NCBI GenBank assembly: GCA_964016885.1
Contig: OZ024745.1
Coordinates: forward strand, 93,868,001-93,932,000
Reading direction: 5' to 3'
Length of the DNA: 64,000 bases
DNA from: Eledone cirrhosa
Taxonomy: Eukaryota
The notes beneath the pieces were generated by a model. It was not told where the DNA came from, made no database searches, and was given only the letters and a program-made list of their open reading frames with translations. Positions within the stretch are counted from its first letter, which is position 1; every line of letters starts with the position of its first letter. This document shows positions 63,835 to 64,000 of the stretch, in pieces. A program made the translations under genes and the position numbers.

Positions 63835-64000
63835 TCTCCTCCTCCTTCTTCCTGGGAGCATTGTTGGGCAGAGTTCGCAAACACTTCTTCCAACAGGTCT
63901 TGTCAGAAGCAACTATCTGCAATTGTTGAATCCCAAAACGGGACCAGCTGAGCTCATGGCTTGGCATCTACCCCTGAGTCTCATGCCAGTTGGTTTTGTT
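63835..64000 (-). pseudogene. Expander-like RTE C-terminal fragment
   Basis: LSWSRFGIQQLQIVASDKTCWKKCLRTLP, homologous to 17735-17910. Confidence 0.7.

Overview
AT-rich, repeat-dense animal genomic DNA. The SINE/RTE-LINE repertoire points to an octopus or another coleoid cephalopod (inference). No intact host protein-coding gene can be supported. The window holds: a 5'-truncated Ty3/Gypsy pol pseudogene with PPT and putative 3' LTR; several RTE-clade LINE copies whose ORF carries a PHD finger after the RT; one long and four short CRE-like (RLE) LINE fragments; two tRNA-headed SINE families; piggyBac-, hAT-, Tc1/mariner- and Helitron-type non-autonomous elements; and three large tandem arrays (20-bp, 36/37-bp, about 40-46-bp CA-rich). 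The most notable signal is a set of hammerhead-ribozyme motifs in short microsatellite-flanked repeats, probably Penelope-like or retrozyme-like remnants. One near-canonical type I hammerhead sits at the apex of a foldback with arms of about 90 bp (58408-58685). Coordinates were read by eye, and repeat boundaries are approximate.
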